A DNA stretch of 64,000 nucleotides from Candidatus Omnitrophota bacterium (GTDB lineage: Bacteria; Omnitrophota; Gorgyraeia; 2-01-FULL-45-10), in assembly GCA_041650935.1 (NCBI GenBank), contig JBAZKH010000003.1, positions 101,269-165,268 on the forward strand. The letters are read 5' to 3'. Positions 18,066 to 28,484 of this stretch are shown here, piece after piece. The notes beneath the pieces are model-generated. The model was not told the DNA's origin. It did no database searches and was given only the letters and a program-made list of their open reading frames with translations. Position 1 is the stretch's first letter, and the number at the start of each line of letters is the position of its first letter. The position numbers were made by a program, and so were the translations under genes.

Positions 18066-19412
18066 ATGAAGATGTTGAAAAAACTTCTATCGGTAATTCT
18101 TGTTGCGCTGTTCGCCTCGCCGGTTTACGCCGACGTACCGAACGCAGCCGATAACTCCGAGAGATATTTCAGGGACCTGCATTGCCAGAAATGTAAACAG
18201 GAACACATGAGCGGCAATTGGAAAGAAACAAGGGTCGACATCGAGGATAAAGGCGTTACCATAGAATCCACCATCGTAGCCGATACGCTCGGCAACGTAT
18301 CGGGCGGAAAAAGGCAGGGAGCCAGATACAATAACTCGATGAGTTACGACATAAATTTCGACCTGGAAAAATTCGCCAAGATGATGGGAACGCAGTTCCA
18401 TATAAGCGGATTGTGGCGCGCCGGAGAGAGCGTTTCCGCCGCTTGCATAGGGAACGTTTTCGTCGCCAGCAGTATATACGGCACCCAGCAGTTCAGGTTC
18501 TTCGGCCTATATCTTGACAAGATGTTCCTCGACAAAAAATTGAACATACGCATCGGCAGGTTGGCCGCCGGAGATGATTTCGCGTCCGACAGCATTTACT
18601 GGAATTTTGTAACTAACGCCATTGACGGCAACCCTATAGCAATACCATTGAACCTCTACTTCCCATGTTACCCTATATCTACATGGGGCGTGCGCGCCAA
18701 GTATAACTTCACGGATGAATTCTATACCAAGAGCGCCCTTTATAACGGCGACCCCGGTGTCCAGCAACTGGGGAATTACGGCTTCGATTTCTCGTTCAGG
18801 TTTAAACGCGGCCTTATCTTCTGCCAGGAGCTGGGTTATACTCCTACTTTTAAAGGATTGCCGGGACGATATAAGGCGGGCTTCTACTACAACGGCGGGA
18901 CTTTTAGAGACCAATATACCGATATCAACGGTATGCCTGCCGTAGTTACCGGGGCGGATTTCAAAAAACATATCGGAAATTACGGGCTATACTTCCACGC
19001 CAGCCAGACGATCTATAAGCCCGCCAAGACCGATTGCGACGAGGGCTTAACGCCTTTCGCGGTAGTTACGCTGGCACCGGACAACATAAACCAGTTCCCG
19101 TTCTTTATCGACGGAGGCTTCATCTATAAAGGGCTTGTGCCAACACGGCATCACGATATAACCTGCGTAGGCTTTGCTTACGGCAGGTATGCCGATTCGA
19201 TCTATCGCTCGGAGCGAATGAACCGGGAGGCGAACGGCAACCTTAATACGCCGTTACAGACATACGAACTGATCTTCGACTTCTCGCACAAGATAGAGAT
19301 AACACCATGGATGTTCATGCAGCCCGATTTCCAATATATAGTAAATCCGAGCGGCACGAATAATATAGACGATGCGTTCGTCGTCGGGACACGGTTCGGA
19401 CTAACGTTCTAA
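18066..19412 (+). CDS. Carbohydrate-selective porin, OprB family
   Basis: 448 aa. Signal peptide, beta-barrel-like alternating pattern, C-terminal ...RFGLTF (aromatic terminal residue). It is translationally coupled to the sugar transporter (stop/start adjacent). Confidence 0.7.
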   Translation: MKMLKKLLSVILVALFASPVYADVPNAADNSERYFRDLHCQKCKQEHMSGNWKETRVDIEDKGVTIESTIVADTLGNVSGGKRQGARYNNSMSYDINFDLEKFAKMMGTQFHISGLWRAGESVSAACIGNVFVASSIYGTQQFRFFGLYLDKMFLDKKLNIRIGRLAAGDDFASDSIYWNFVTNAIDGNPIAIPLNLYFPCYPISTWGVRAKYNFTDEFYTKSALYNGDPGVQQLGNYGFDFSFRFKRGLIFCQELGYTPTFKGLPGRYKAGFYYNGGTFRDQYTDINGMPAVVTGADFKKHIGNYGLYFHASQTIYKPAKTDCDEGLTPFAVVTLAPDNINQFPFFIDGGFIYKGLVPTRHHDITCVGFAYGRYADSIYRSERMNREANGNLNTPLQTYELIFDFSHKIEITPWMFMQPDFQYIVNPSGTNNIDDAFVVGTRFGLTF

Positions 19413-19420
19413 CGCTTACT

Positions 19421-21181
19421 TTAACCAAGGCATACGCGGTTCTTACCTTCCTCCTTAGCTTTGTATAATGCTTTGTCCGCTTTTTCGATCAACTCTTCCT
19501 TTTCATGCTCGCTCGTATATTCGGCCGCACCCATGCTTATCGTCGTGCCGAAGTTATCGCTCTTGAACCTGAATTTTTTATTCTGCGCGCCGTCACGGAT
19601 CTTCTCGGCTATATCAAGCGCTTCCTTCTCCCCCGCCCCGGACAACATCACTATAAACTCTTCGCCCCCATACCGAGCCACAACGTCGGTCTGGCGGCAT
19701 TTCGACTGTATTATCCTGGCAAACTCCTTCAACACCACGTCACCGGCCTGGTGGCCGTAAGTATCATTGATATGCTTAAAATTGTCGATATCGGCCATGA
19801 TTATGGCGAGGCGTTTCGATTTATAGATCGAGACGTTCCTGAATTCGGCTTCGAAGAGAAGGTTGAAATGGCGGATGTTGTAAAGACCGGTAAGCCCGTC
19901 GCGCGTGGCCTGCCTGAACAGGCGCGCGCGTTCGATCGACTGTAATATCTGAGCGTATAACGACGTTAAGCTGTACGATAGCGCTATGGCAAGTATGGGA
20001 TAGAATGTCGCTACCGTTATCCTGAAAAATCCGAACAGGAAGACCGACGCCATGGCATAAGAGACGATACCCATGGTAGCAAGCGCCATACCGCCGACAA
20101 GCCGCAGGTTGGAAAGATAGAGCGTAACGACTATCGATACCAGGAGTATTATGATTATATTGAAATATCTCGGCAGGCTGTAGATAAAATCATTGTTGAT
20201 CACGCCGTTTATCACCATGGCATTTATACCTACCGCCGGATATGCGTTCTCTATAGGCACCGGTTTTATATCGGTCAATCCCGCGGCGGTCAGTCCGACC
20301 ACGCATATTTTGTCCTTAAAGTCATCGAAATTTATCGGGCTCGGAAGGCCCCGCGCAAGCAGGGCGTAAGACTTTATGACGCTTGCATAGGAAAAGTGCT
20401 TGAACTCTCTTCCCCACCTGGCCTTCCAGTTTATAATGAACTGGTTTCTCTCGTCCAGCGGTATCCTTACCGTCTTATTATCTGCTGTCTGCGCAGTTAT
20501 CTCGTGCCCGGACGGGTCAAACGATATATCATCGTCTTTTATCCCGAGCGTATCGAGCCCGACCTTAAGACCCAGTTGATACGCCGGCTTTCCCTTGAAG
20601 GAGATGACCGGGGGTATCCGCCTCAATATCCCATCCATGTCCGGGATCGCGTTGATGTGTCCCACGCCTTCGGTTTGCCTGATAAACTGCGGAAGCGGTT
20701 CTATCACCGACAGGACGCCTTCGCCCCTATAGAGAAACTCCGCGTTCTGCTGTTTCAGGTCGAATAATAACGGCAGGTATACGGCGCCGGAACCTTTTAT
20801 CGCCTCTTCCAGGGCCGCATCGTCCGCGGTGCCTTGCGCCTCGGAAAACAGGACATCGAATACTATCGCTTTCGGTTTGTAATCGGAAAGGGCCTTTATA
20901 AGAGCGGCGTGCCAACTCCTGGGCCACGGCCACCTGCCGATCGCCTGTATGCTGTCCTCGGACATGTCGATAAAGACTATCTCCGTACCGAGCGGTGCGG
21001 GCGACTTAAGCTTAAACCGGTAATCCAACGTAAGGAGCTCGAGCCGATCCAATACGTTAAACTGGTAAAGCACTATGACGATCAGCGCGACGATAAGCGC
21101 CAGGGCCCATTTTATGCGGTATTTGTATTTGAATGTCCGCTGGTAGATAAAATCACGTATATCTTTTATGGTCGAGATCAT
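19421..21181 (-). CDS. CHASE2 sensor domain-containing diguanylate cyclase (GGDEF)
   Basis: An N-terminal TM segment plus a CHASE2-like periplasmic region, then TM helices, then a GGDEF domain with RYGGEEF and substrate-binding NIRHFN. Confidence 0.85.
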   Translation of the reverse strand: MISTIKDIRDFIYQRTFKYKYRIKWALALIVALIVIVLYQFNVLDRLELLTLDYRFKLKSPAPLGTEIVFIDMSEDSIQAIGRWPWPRSWHAALIKALSDYKPKAIVFDVLFSEAQGTADDAALEEAIKGSGAVYLPLLFDLKQQNAEFLYRGEGVLSVIEPLPQFIRQTEGVGHINAIPDMDGILRRIPPVISFKGKPAYQLGLKVGLDTLGIKDDDISFDPSGHEITAQTADNKTVRIPLDERNQFIINWKARWGREFKHFSYASVIKSYALLARGLPSPINFDDFKDKICVVGLTAAGLTDIKPVPIENAYPAVGINAMVINGVINNDFIYSLPRYFNIIIILLVSIVVTLYLSNLRLVGGMALATMGIVSYAMASVFLFGFFRITVATFYPILAIALSYSLTSLYAQILQSIERARLFRQATRDGLTGLYNIRHFNLLFEAEFRNVSIYKSKRLAIIMADIDNFKHINDTYGHQAGDVVLKEFARIIQSKCRQTDVVARYGGEEFIVMLSGAGEKEALDIAEKIRDGAQNKKFRFKSDNFGTTISMGAAEYTSEHEKEELIEKADKALYKAKEEGKNRVCLG

Positions 21182-21275
21182 AATAACCCTAAGTATATCA
21201 TAAAAGTCAGCGTTTACAAGTAGGCATAAAGTTTACTGTTGCCGTCCGGCGGGGATACTACTATAATGTATCGGT

Positions 21276-21971
21276 ATGGAAAATTTAATAAAAACGATAA
21301 CGATCGATTGGGACTGGGTCAAGACACGCGTCTCGACCAGAGAAAAGCTCACGCGGATACACGCGGTCGAAACCAAAGAAGCTCTTTTAGATTCTCTCGG
21401 GAAAGCCTTGGAGGAGGCAAGATCAAAGGCCGCGCCGAAAATAGCCATAGTAAAAAAGTTTATCGCAAAGTTCGAAACCGCATCTTTCACGCTCGAGGAT
21501 GGCCCGGTCATATCCACTAAGGAGCTCTCCGCCTACATAAAGGGCGCGAACCACATATACGCCTTCCTTGCCACTATCGGCAAAGATGTCGAGGAGAAAG
21601 CCACCTCCTATATGAACGGCGGCGACCATCTCTCCGGCTATCTCCTGGACAGGATCGGTTCTTTCGCAGTCGAGTCCATGGCAAAGAACGCGGAAGATGC
21701 CCTGAGACGCAAGCTCCAGCTCAAAAATTTAAGCGTTTCCATGCGCTTCAGCCCGGGTTACTGCGATTGGCCCATCGAAGAACAGTCTAAGATCGCGCAG
21801 ATAATCGATTTCTCAAGCGTCGGAGTCACGTTAACGCAAAGCTGTGTAATGGTACCCAGAAAATCGATAACGGCGGTAGTGGCCGTAGGCCCAGGGGACT
21901 TATTCAAGGATATAAGATCACCTTGCGCGGTATGTAATATGCGGGTTTGCGATTATCGTAGAAAAGACTAG
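21276..21971 (+). CDS. Hypothetical protein with C-terminal Cys cluster; possibly methionine-synthase activation-domain-like
   Basis: 231 aa: ...MRFSPGYCDWPIEEQ...SPCAVCNMRVCDY. The family assignment is tentative. Confidence 0.5.
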   Translation: MENLIKTITIDWDWVKTRVSTREKLTRIHAVETKEALLDSLGKALEEARSKAAPKIAIVKKFIAKFETASFTLEDGPVISTKELSAYIKGANHIYAFLATIGKDVEEKATSYMNGGDHLSGYLLDRIGSFAVESMAKNAEDALRRKLQLKNLSVSMRFSPGYCDWPIEEQSKIAQIIDFSSVGVTLTQSCVMVPRKSITAVVAVGPGDLFKDIRSPCAVCNMRVCDYRRKD

Positions 21972-22921
21972 GCGCTTTTGGCGGGTTCTTCCTGCGCCTT
22001 AGCTTGCATTTCTCTTTCAAGAAGCTCTGCCCACCTCTTATCGGTCCGATTCTGCAGATCGTCCAGGATCGCCTTATTTTCAGGTCTCATGAGGTGCCTG
22101 AAACGGCCCTGGAGTTTCATCCACTCGACGATAGGCTTCTTCTCTTTGGGTTTATACGTAATGCGGTACTGCCCGTTCTGCACTTCGTAGAGCGGCCATA
22201 CGCACGTATCCGCCGCAAGCCTGCCCATTTCGCAGGTTAGCTCCGGCGGAAACGACCAGCCCAGCCTGCACGGCTGGAATACATTGATGAACTTCGGCCC
22301 TTCGATCGAAAGCGCCTTCTCAACCTTTGAGGTAAGGTCGCGCCAATTCCCGGCTATCGATTGCGCGGCATAAGGTATACCGTGAGCAACCATTATCGCG
22401 GTTAAATCTTTGCGATACTGCTCTTTCCCCTTCTTCACCTTGCCGAAGGGGGCCGTCGTCGTGTCGGCGCCTTTCGGAGTCGCGCCGGAACGCTGGACAC
22501 CCGTATTCATATAGGCTTCGTTGTTGTAGCAGACGTACAGGATATTATGGCCGCGTTCCATGGCGCCGGAGAGCGATTGCAGCCCTATGTCGTATGTGCC
22601 GCCGTCTCCCCCGAAAGCTATAAAATTCAGCTTCTTCGATATCCGTCCCTGCCTGGTCAATGACTTATACATCGCTTCGACACCGCTTATCGTAGCGCCG
22701 GCATTTTCGAAAGCGCTGTGGAGGAACGGGACATTCCAGGAGGTATACGGGTAGATGGTGGAGACTACCTCAAGACATCCTGTAGCGCTGACTACCACCG
22801 TATCCGGGCCCGCAGCCATGAGCACCTGTCTCGCCACCAGGGCCGCGCCGCAACCCGCGCATCCGCGGTGGCCGCTCGTGAATAATTCCTTTTGTTTAGC
22901 CAGTTCTTTTAAGTTAGCCAT
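21968..22921 (-). CDS. porB: Pyruvate:ferredoxin (2-oxoacid) oxidoreductase beta subunit (TPP-binding)
   Basis: GCAGCGA near the N-terminus and the TPP-binding GDGG...YNNE motif. It is the last gene of the por operon. Confidence 0.9.
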   Translation of the reverse strand: MANLKELAKQKELFTSGHRGCAGCGAALVARQVLMAAGPDTVVVSATGCLEVVSTIYPYTSWNVPFLHSAFENAGATISGVEAMYKSLTRQGRISKKLNFIAFGGDGGTYDIGLQSLSGAMERGHNILYVCYNNEAYMNTGVQRSGATPKGADTTTAPFGKVKKGKEQYRKDLTAIMVAHGIPYAAQSIAGNWRDLTSKVEKALSIEGPKFINVFQPCRLGWSFPPELTCEMGRLAADTCVWPLYEVQNGQYRITYKPKEKKPIVEWMKLQGRFRHLMRPENKAILDDLQNRTDKRWAELLEREMQAKAQEEPAKSA

Positions 22922-22925
22922 ATAT

Positions 22926-24104
22926 CTACTCTCTCACGCCCAGGTAGGTGATCCTGTCGATCGCCTTACCCTTTACGGCATCTGTCAACTTTTTATATAC
23001 GCTCTCGATATCGCCCATGCCTATCTCTCTTCCGCCAAGCCCGTAAATATAATTCGCGACGATCTTGTTTAAATTTTTATTAAAGAGAGCGGCTTTAACT
23101 TCCGAACAGAGCGGCCCCTCGCATCCACTGAGCGAATCGGACCTGTCCATAACAGCTATGGCTTTTACACTTTTCAGCGCATCCGCTATTTCGTCCTGGG
23201 GGAACGGCCTGAACGCTCTCGGTTTAAGCAGGCCGACCTTCATACCTTTTTCCCTCAACTCGTCGACGACAACCTTCGTCGTACCAGCCGTCGAACCCAT
23301 TGCAACGATGGCGCAATCGGCGCCGTCCAGCTTATACGTTTCGAAAAGGCCGTAAGAACGGCCGGACTTCTGCGCGTATTCTTTGCCGACATCCGCTATT
23401 ATCGATTTTGCGTTCTTCATTGCCTCGGCCGCCTGGCGCCTGTGCTCGAAATAATAGTCGGTCAGATCGAGCGCGCCGACCGTAATAGGTTTAGCGGCAT
23501 TTAAAAGGTAATATTCGGGTCGGTATTCACCTATGAATTTCTGCACATCCTCGTCGGAAAGAATCTCGATGCGTTCCATGCCGTGGCTTATGATGAACCC
23601 GTCCGTCGTCACTATCGTGGGCAGTTTTGCTTTCTCGGCTATCTTAACCGCCTGTATCATATTGTCATAACCTTCCTGCGCGTTCTCGGAGAATATCTGG
23701 ATCCAGCCGGCATCCCTGACCATCATAGTATCGGAATGGTCGCAATGTATGTTGATCGGGCTGGAGAGGGCGCGATTGACGTCGGCCAGCACTATCGGAA
23801 GCCGCAGTCCTGCCGCGATGTAGAGCATCTCTGCCATCAGGGCAAGGCCCTGGCTCGAGGTACCGGTCATCGCCCTGCCGCCGGCCACACTTGCGCCTAT
23901 GCAGGCAGACATGGCGGAGTGTTCGCTCTCGACCGGGACAAACTCTGTCTTGACTACGCCGTCCGCGACATAGCCGGCGAATATCTGGACTATCTCCGTC
24001 GCCGGGGTTATCGGATAGGCCGCGACTACGTCAGGATTTACCTGCCGCATCGCTTCCGCCATCGCCTCGTTTCCGGTTCTCGCTAGTACATTCATTTTAG
24101 CCAT
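22926..24104 (-). CDS. porA: Pyruvate:ferredoxin oxidoreductase alpha subunit
   Basis: 392 aa: MAKMNVLARTGNEAMAEAMRQVNPDVVAAYPITPATE..., a typical PorA. Confidence 0.9.
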   Translation of the reverse strand: MAKMNVLARTGNEAMAEAMRQVNPDVVAAYPITPATEIVQIFAGYVADGVVKTEFVPVESEHSAMSACIGASVAGGRAMTGTSSQGLALMAEMLYIAAGLRLPIVLADVNRALSSPINIHCDHSDTMMVRDAGWIQIFSENAQEGYDNMIQAVKIAEKAKLPTIVTTDGFIISHGMERIEILSDEDVQKFIGEYRPEYYLLNAAKPITVGALDLTDYYFEHRRQAAEAMKNAKSIIADVGKEYAQKSGRSYGLFETYKLDGADCAIVAMGSTAGTTKVVVDELREKGMKVGLLKPRAFRPFPQDEIADALKSVKAIAVMDRSDSLSGCEGPLCSEVKAALFNKNLNKIVANYIYGLGGREIGMGDIESVYKKLTDAVKGKAIDRITYLGVRE

Positions 24105-24174
24105 GTTTTAGGGTCTAGGATATCAGGATATATTAGATAGGAAAATATTTTCCCTATTCATTATAGCCCCTACC

Positions 24175-24495
24175 CTATCTACTATTCTGTTTCGCTTCTT
24201 TCTCGGAAATCATCTTAATCGCTTTTCCCTTGACCGGGCACTCGTGCTCGCATATCCCGCACCCTTTACAATGGTCGTAATCGAACCCCACGACCTTGCC
24301 GTCCTTGACTATAACGGCCGAATCGGGACAGTATACCCAGCACGTAAGACAGCTTATGCACTTTTCAGGTATTAGGACCGGCCTTGATGAACGCCAATCG
24401 CCGGTCTTAAAATCTTTTGCCGTGCCGCCGCCCGCTATAATATCCGCTTCCGGTATCGCCCGCCACCCTGGTTTTTTATTTTTCTCTATAGCCAT
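24175..24495 (-). CDS. porD: Pyruvate:ferredoxin oxidoreductase delta subunit (2x[4Fe-4S] ferredoxin)
   Basis: CISCLTCWVYCP and CKGCGICEHECP cysteine motifs. Confidence 0.9.
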   Translation of the reverse strand: MAIEKNKKPGWRAIPEADIIAGGGTAKDFKTGDWRSSRPVLIPEKCISCLTCWVYCPDSAVIVKDGKVVGFDYDHCKGCGICEHECPVKGKAIKMISEKEAKQNSR

Positions 24496-24520
24496 ATTCC
24501 CGCCATCTGACAGCTAACAG

Positions 24521-25099
24521 CTAACTCCTGACTTCGCTATATGCCCGCTCGATAGCTTTAAGGTTTCCCTCTATGACTTCGGGCTTAGACTTGAACTTTT
24601 TTTCGAGCTTCTTGCGCATATCCTCGGACATTGCCTTAAAATCGAGTATGCCGGTCGCTTTTATGAGCGCGCCAAGCATCGGCGTATTGGGTATATCCCT
24701 GCCTATGGTCTCCATGGATATAGTAGAGGCGTCGACCGTAAAGACCTTGATAGAGCCTGTTATATTGAATATCTTCTTGATATCGGCAGGCGGCTTTTCG
24801 CTATTAATAACGAGAACGCCGTTTACAGGTATACCTTCGGTCACATCCACAGTCTCTATAAGAGTCGGATCGAGGACCATTACAATAGAGGGATTTTCCA
24901 CTCCGGAATGGAGCAGGATCGGCTTGGATGAAATACGGTTAAACGCTGTAACGGGCGCGCCCATGCGCTCCGGACCATACTCCGGAAACGCCTGTATATA
25001 CATTCCTTGGGCAAGCGCAGCGTCCGCAAATAAAAGAGCGGCCGTCTTTGCTCCCTGGCCGCCCCTTCCATGCCAGCGAATTTCAGTTAATTCTTTCAT
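24521..25099 (-). CDS. porG: Pyruvate:ferredoxin oxidoreductase gamma subunit
   Basis: 192 aa: MKELTEIRWHGRGGQGAKTAALLFADAA..., a typical PorG. Confidence 0.9.
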   Translation of the reverse strand: MKELTEIRWHGRGGQGAKTAALLFADAALAQGMYIQAFPEYGPERMGAPVTAFNRISSKPILLHSGVENPSIVMVLDPTLIETVDVTEGIPVNGVLVINSEKPPADIKKIFNITGSIKVFTVDASTISMETIGRDIPNTPMLGALIKATGILDFKAMSEDMRKKLEKKFKSKPEVIEGNLKAIERAYSEVRS

Positions 25100-25117
25100 T
25101 ATAATAAGTTATCCACA

Positions 25118-25147
25118 TTGTAGGGGACGTTTAAACGTCCCCTACAA
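25118..25147. repeat. Palindromic hairpin element, TTTAAA-loop family (copy A), with AGTTATCCACATTG flank
   Basis: ttgtaggggacgTTTAAAcgtcccctacaa between the membrane-protein stop and the porG start. It is related to the copies at 58310-58339, 59220-59243 and 36613-36634. Confidence 0.7.
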
Positions 25148-25150
25148 AAT

Positions 25151-25948
25151 TTAAATCGTCTTCTCCGGCTTTGCCGCTAAACCGAGGTAGTATACCATGA
25201 ACGCGGCCATCATCACAATGCCCAAATAACCGTTAATTATACTGGTCACTACAGCCATCAATATTTTGCCTACCATATCCGGTGTCACGGCGCTGATCAA
25301 GCCGACGATAAAGCCGAATACCAATCCTACGCCCAGCGAAATAAGGATCAGGATAACAAAGAGAAGGATAAGCAGGAATACCCTGACAAAAGGCTTCTTT
25401 GCGACAACCAGGCTCCTCTTCAGCGAGGTAATAACGCCAAGGCCTTCGCATATGAGCGCATAAGGCGAAAGGGCAAACGGAATAAAATAGAATAAGGAGG
25501 TCATAACACCGATCACTATGGCAATAGCTACCGCTATGCCGGAGATGACCGGATTATTTAACGGCGCCGTTCCTGCTATAAGCAGCGCCGCTACCAAGGC
25601 CACTATGCCTATAATTAGGACTATCAGGATACCAAGGACCAGAAGCTTAAGGTAATATTTGGCTCCGTATGAAATAAATGAGCCCAACTTCATCTTACCT
25701 TCCTTTATAGTATCTCTGACCAGGCCCAGGGCGCCGCCCTGGATAAATATGCTTATAAGGATGAAAACTATAGTAAATATTATCGCTCCCACCATCATTT
25801 CAGGCGGCGGCGTCTGGCCGGGTTGGACGGCAAAAGGCATACTAGTAAGATTTCCGATCAGATTAAATATAATCAAAACCAGGACAAGACCGAGACTTTT
25901 TGTGGCAATACCGAATCCCCTCTTAATCGCCTCTAATACTCCTGCCAT
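25151..25948 (-). CDS. Polytopic membrane protein of unknown function
   Basis: 265 aa with about 6 strongly hydrophobic helices. Confidence 0.6.
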   Translation of the reverse strand: MAGVLEAIKRGFGIATKSLGLVLVLIIFNLIGNLTSMPFAVQPGQTPPPEMMVGAIIFTIVFILISIFIQGGALGLVRDTIKEGKMKLGSFISYGAKYYLKLLVLGILIVLIIGIVALVAALLIAGTAPLNNPVISGIAVAIAIVIGVMTSLFYFIPFALSPYALICEGLGVITSLKRSLVVAKKPFVRVFLLILLFVILILISLGVGLVFGFIVGLISAVTPDMVGKILMAVVTSIINGYLGIVMMAAFMVYYLGLAAKPEKTI

Positions 25949-26088
25949 GTTTACCCCCTGATTTGTTATAATTTTACTTCAGACAAATCATCCCGGGACG
26001 CTATCTTCTTACTACTGCGGCGAGGGATTACATTAAATTATAATAACGCATAAGAATATAGCAGATAACTATCACCATGTCAAGGGCT

Positions 26089-26697
26089 TTACGCCCCCTC
26101 CAGGTCTCTCCTGCCCTCGAACGCCTTAGCTATCGTAGCCTGGTCCGCATACTCCAGGCCGCCCCCAACCGGTATCCCGTAAGCTACCCTTGTCAGCCTG
26201 GCGCCCGAACCCTTAAGGACCTTAAGGAGATAAAGGGCGGTTGCCTCCCCTTCCGTATTAAAATCGGTGGCTATGATTATCTCCTTAAACTTCTCTTTCT
26301 TTACCCTTTCGAGCAATTCTTTTATCTTTAATTCGGATGGCCCTATTCCGTCCAGCGGCGACAACGAACCCAAAAGAACGTGGTACAGGCCATTAAAGTT
26401 CCCGGCCCGCTCTATCGTAACCATATCATTGGGCTCTTCCACAACACAAAGTACCGATCTTGTCCTCGAAGGGCTCTTACATATTTCGCAAAGTTCTTCG
26501 TCGCTTAAATTGTTGCAGATCCTGCAAAACCGGACCGATTCCTTTACTTTGCGTATAGCGCCCGCAAGCGATTCGGCGTCATTTTTAGGGCTCCTCAGTA
26601 TATAAAAAGCGAGGCGCTGTGCCGTCTTGGGCCCGATCCCGGGCATCCGAGAAAATTCCTCTATCAAGAGCTTCATCGAAGCTGGGAATTCCGTCAT
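26089..26697 (-). CDS. recR: Recombination protein RecR
   Basis: HhH (PGIGPKTAQRLAFY), zinc finger CRICNNLSDEELCEIC and a Toprim domain. Confidence 0.9.
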   Translation of the reverse strand: MTEFPASMKLLIEEFSRMPGIGPKTAQRLAFYILRSPKNDAESLAGAIRKVKESVRFCRICNNLSDEELCEICKSPSRTRSVLCVVEEPNDMVTIERAGNFNGLYHVLLGSLSPLDGIGPSELKIKELLERVKKEKFKEIIIATDFNTEGEATALYLLKVLKGSGARLTRVAYGIPVGGGLEYADQATIAKAFEGRRDLEGA

Positions 26698-28359
26698 CTA
26701 ACGCCTACCCGACGGGCCATCCGCCATATTACCGCCGAAAATCTCCATCGCCGCTTTTACTATAGGATCAACCTCTTTTTTGAGCGCACCGCCGTCTCCG
26801 GTAAAATCACCATCAGTCCCGGAAAGATATGCGCCCGGGGAATTCGGCATAGATTGCGGTTCCACCAGCATGAATACAACCCTCACTTCTTTGCCGAGGA
26901 CGGTCTTAGCGGCCGCCTCCACGAAGCTCTTATTCTCGGGGGATTCGAGAACCTCTTTATGGAACTGCAGGCTTTTCGGAAATCCGATAGCAAGCGTTCC
27001 TTTTTCGAAAGAGGCGGGATATCCCTCCTGCAGATATGACGCAACCGACATCTTCTTCGCCATAATCTGGTTTATTATGGCCGACCAAGAGCCTGAGATT
27101 TCACCAAGATTTGCAGGTTTAGCTGCTTTTGCTTCCGCGGCGGCCGGCTGCGGCGGTTTTGGGATATTAGAGGGTTGTTTAATATCCTGGCTAACCGCAA
27201 TACCTGATTCTGTACCATGATTCCTCTCAAGCGCCTCCAGCCTCTTCGTTATCTCGTCCAGCGCAAGTATGGGACGATTCAATGTAAGTTTGACAAGCGC
27301 CGCTTCGAGCGGCACCCGCGCTATATTCGCTTTTTTTATAAAATCGATAGCCCCGGCCATCGTATATATGATATAAAGGGTCTCTTCTACGGTAAAAGCA
27401 CCCGCCTCCTCGCGATAACGTTTTATCTTGTCGGCTCCGGCATCGATCAGATTATCGTTCTTCGGGTCGATCTTGCTTATGGCGATATTGCGAAAATGCT
27501 CGATGAGACCGGCGGCAATCTGCGCGGCATCTTTACCCTCAATCAGCAGCCGATCGATCGTTCCGAGAGCTTTTGCCGCCGCTTTATCCCTAATCGCGGC
27601 CGATAATTCGAAGAGCGCTTCATCCGCGACCATCCCCAATATCCGCGTAACGTCTTCCGCGCCGACTTTTCCGTTCGCAAAAGACGTTATCTGGTCGAGC
27701 ATCACCTGCGCGTCACGCATACCTCCGTCGGAATACCTGGCGATAAGTCCGAGCGCACCGTCGTCTATCTTGAGCGATTCCGAGTCGACTATACGTTTAA
27801 GGTTCTCGACGATAAGGCTCGTCCCGATACGCCTGAAGTCGAACCTCTGGCATCTCGAAAGTATCGTCGGAGGGACCTTGTGGGCCTGGGTAGTCGCGAA
27901 TATAAATTTGACGTGCCTGGGCGGCTCCTCAAGCGTCTTTAAGAGGGCATTGAAGGCCTCGGAGGTGAGCATATGCACTTCGTCTATTATATATACCTTG
28001 AACTTTCCTTTGGATGGCGCGAACTTGACGTTATCCCGCAAATTCCTGATCTCGTCTATGCCCCTATTGGAGGCTCCGTCTATCTCCAGTATGTCGAGAC
28101 TCGATCCTTGAGTTATCTCTTTGCATGAGGCGCAAACATTGCATGGTTTCGGGATCGGACCTTTTTCGCAGTTCAACGCCTTGGCGAGTATCCTGGCCGC
28201 CGTCGTCTTGCCCACCCCGCGGGGTCCGGAAAAAAGATAGGCGTGAGCAACCCTATCCTGCGTTATGGCATTTTTTAATGTGGTTGTGACGTGCGATTGG
28301 CCGATGATGTCGTCAAAAACCTGGGGCCGGTACTTCCTTGCGAATGCGATGTAGCTCAT
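26698..28359 (-). CDS. dnaX: DNA polymerase III subunit gamma/tau
   Basis: Walker A GPRGVGKTT, zinc module CEKGPIPKPCNVCASC and an AAA+ clamp-loader core. It is directly abutted by recR. Confidence 0.9.
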   Translation of the reverse strand: MSYIAFARKYRPQVFDDIIGQSHVTTTLKNAITQDRVAHAYLFSGPRGVGKTTAARILAKALNCEKGPIPKPCNVCASCKEITQGSSLDILEIDGASNRGIDEIRNLRDNVKFAPSKGKFKVYIIDEVHMLTSEAFNALLKTLEEPPRHVKFIFATTQAHKVPPTILSRCQRFDFRRIGTSLIVENLKRIVDSESLKIDDGALGLIARYSDGGMRDAQVMLDQITSFANGKVGAEDVTRILGMVADEALFELSAAIRDKAAAKALGTIDRLLIEGKDAAQIAAGLIEHFRNIAISKIDPKNDNLIDAGADKIKRYREEAGAFTVEETLYIIYTMAGAIDFIKKANIARVPLEAALVKLTLNRPILALDEITKRLEALERNHGTESGIAVSQDIKQPSNIPKPPQPAAAEAKAAKPANLGEISGSWSAIINQIMAKKMSVASYLQEGYPASFEKGTLAIGFPKSLQFHKEVLESPENKSFVEAAAKTVLGKEVRVVFMLVEPQSMPNSPGAYLSGTDGDFTGDGGALKKEVDPIVKAAMEIFGGNMADGPSGRR

Positions 28360-28484
28360 AGCATGTTATAAAATAACACATCCTGCGCCCTAATTCAAGG
28401 GTGAAAAATTTTTCGTATCAGTCGAATGTGCCGTGTCGATGTAGTTCGTAGGGACGCGCAATTTTCAGCCATGTGAAAATTGGA

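Noticed and set aside
21276-21971. Assignment of the 231-aa protein as a methionine-synthase activation-domain protein
   Set aside because: It is kept only as a tentative note. The resemblance rests on a single RFSPGYCDWP-like block recalled from memory and cannot be confirmed without an HMM search.
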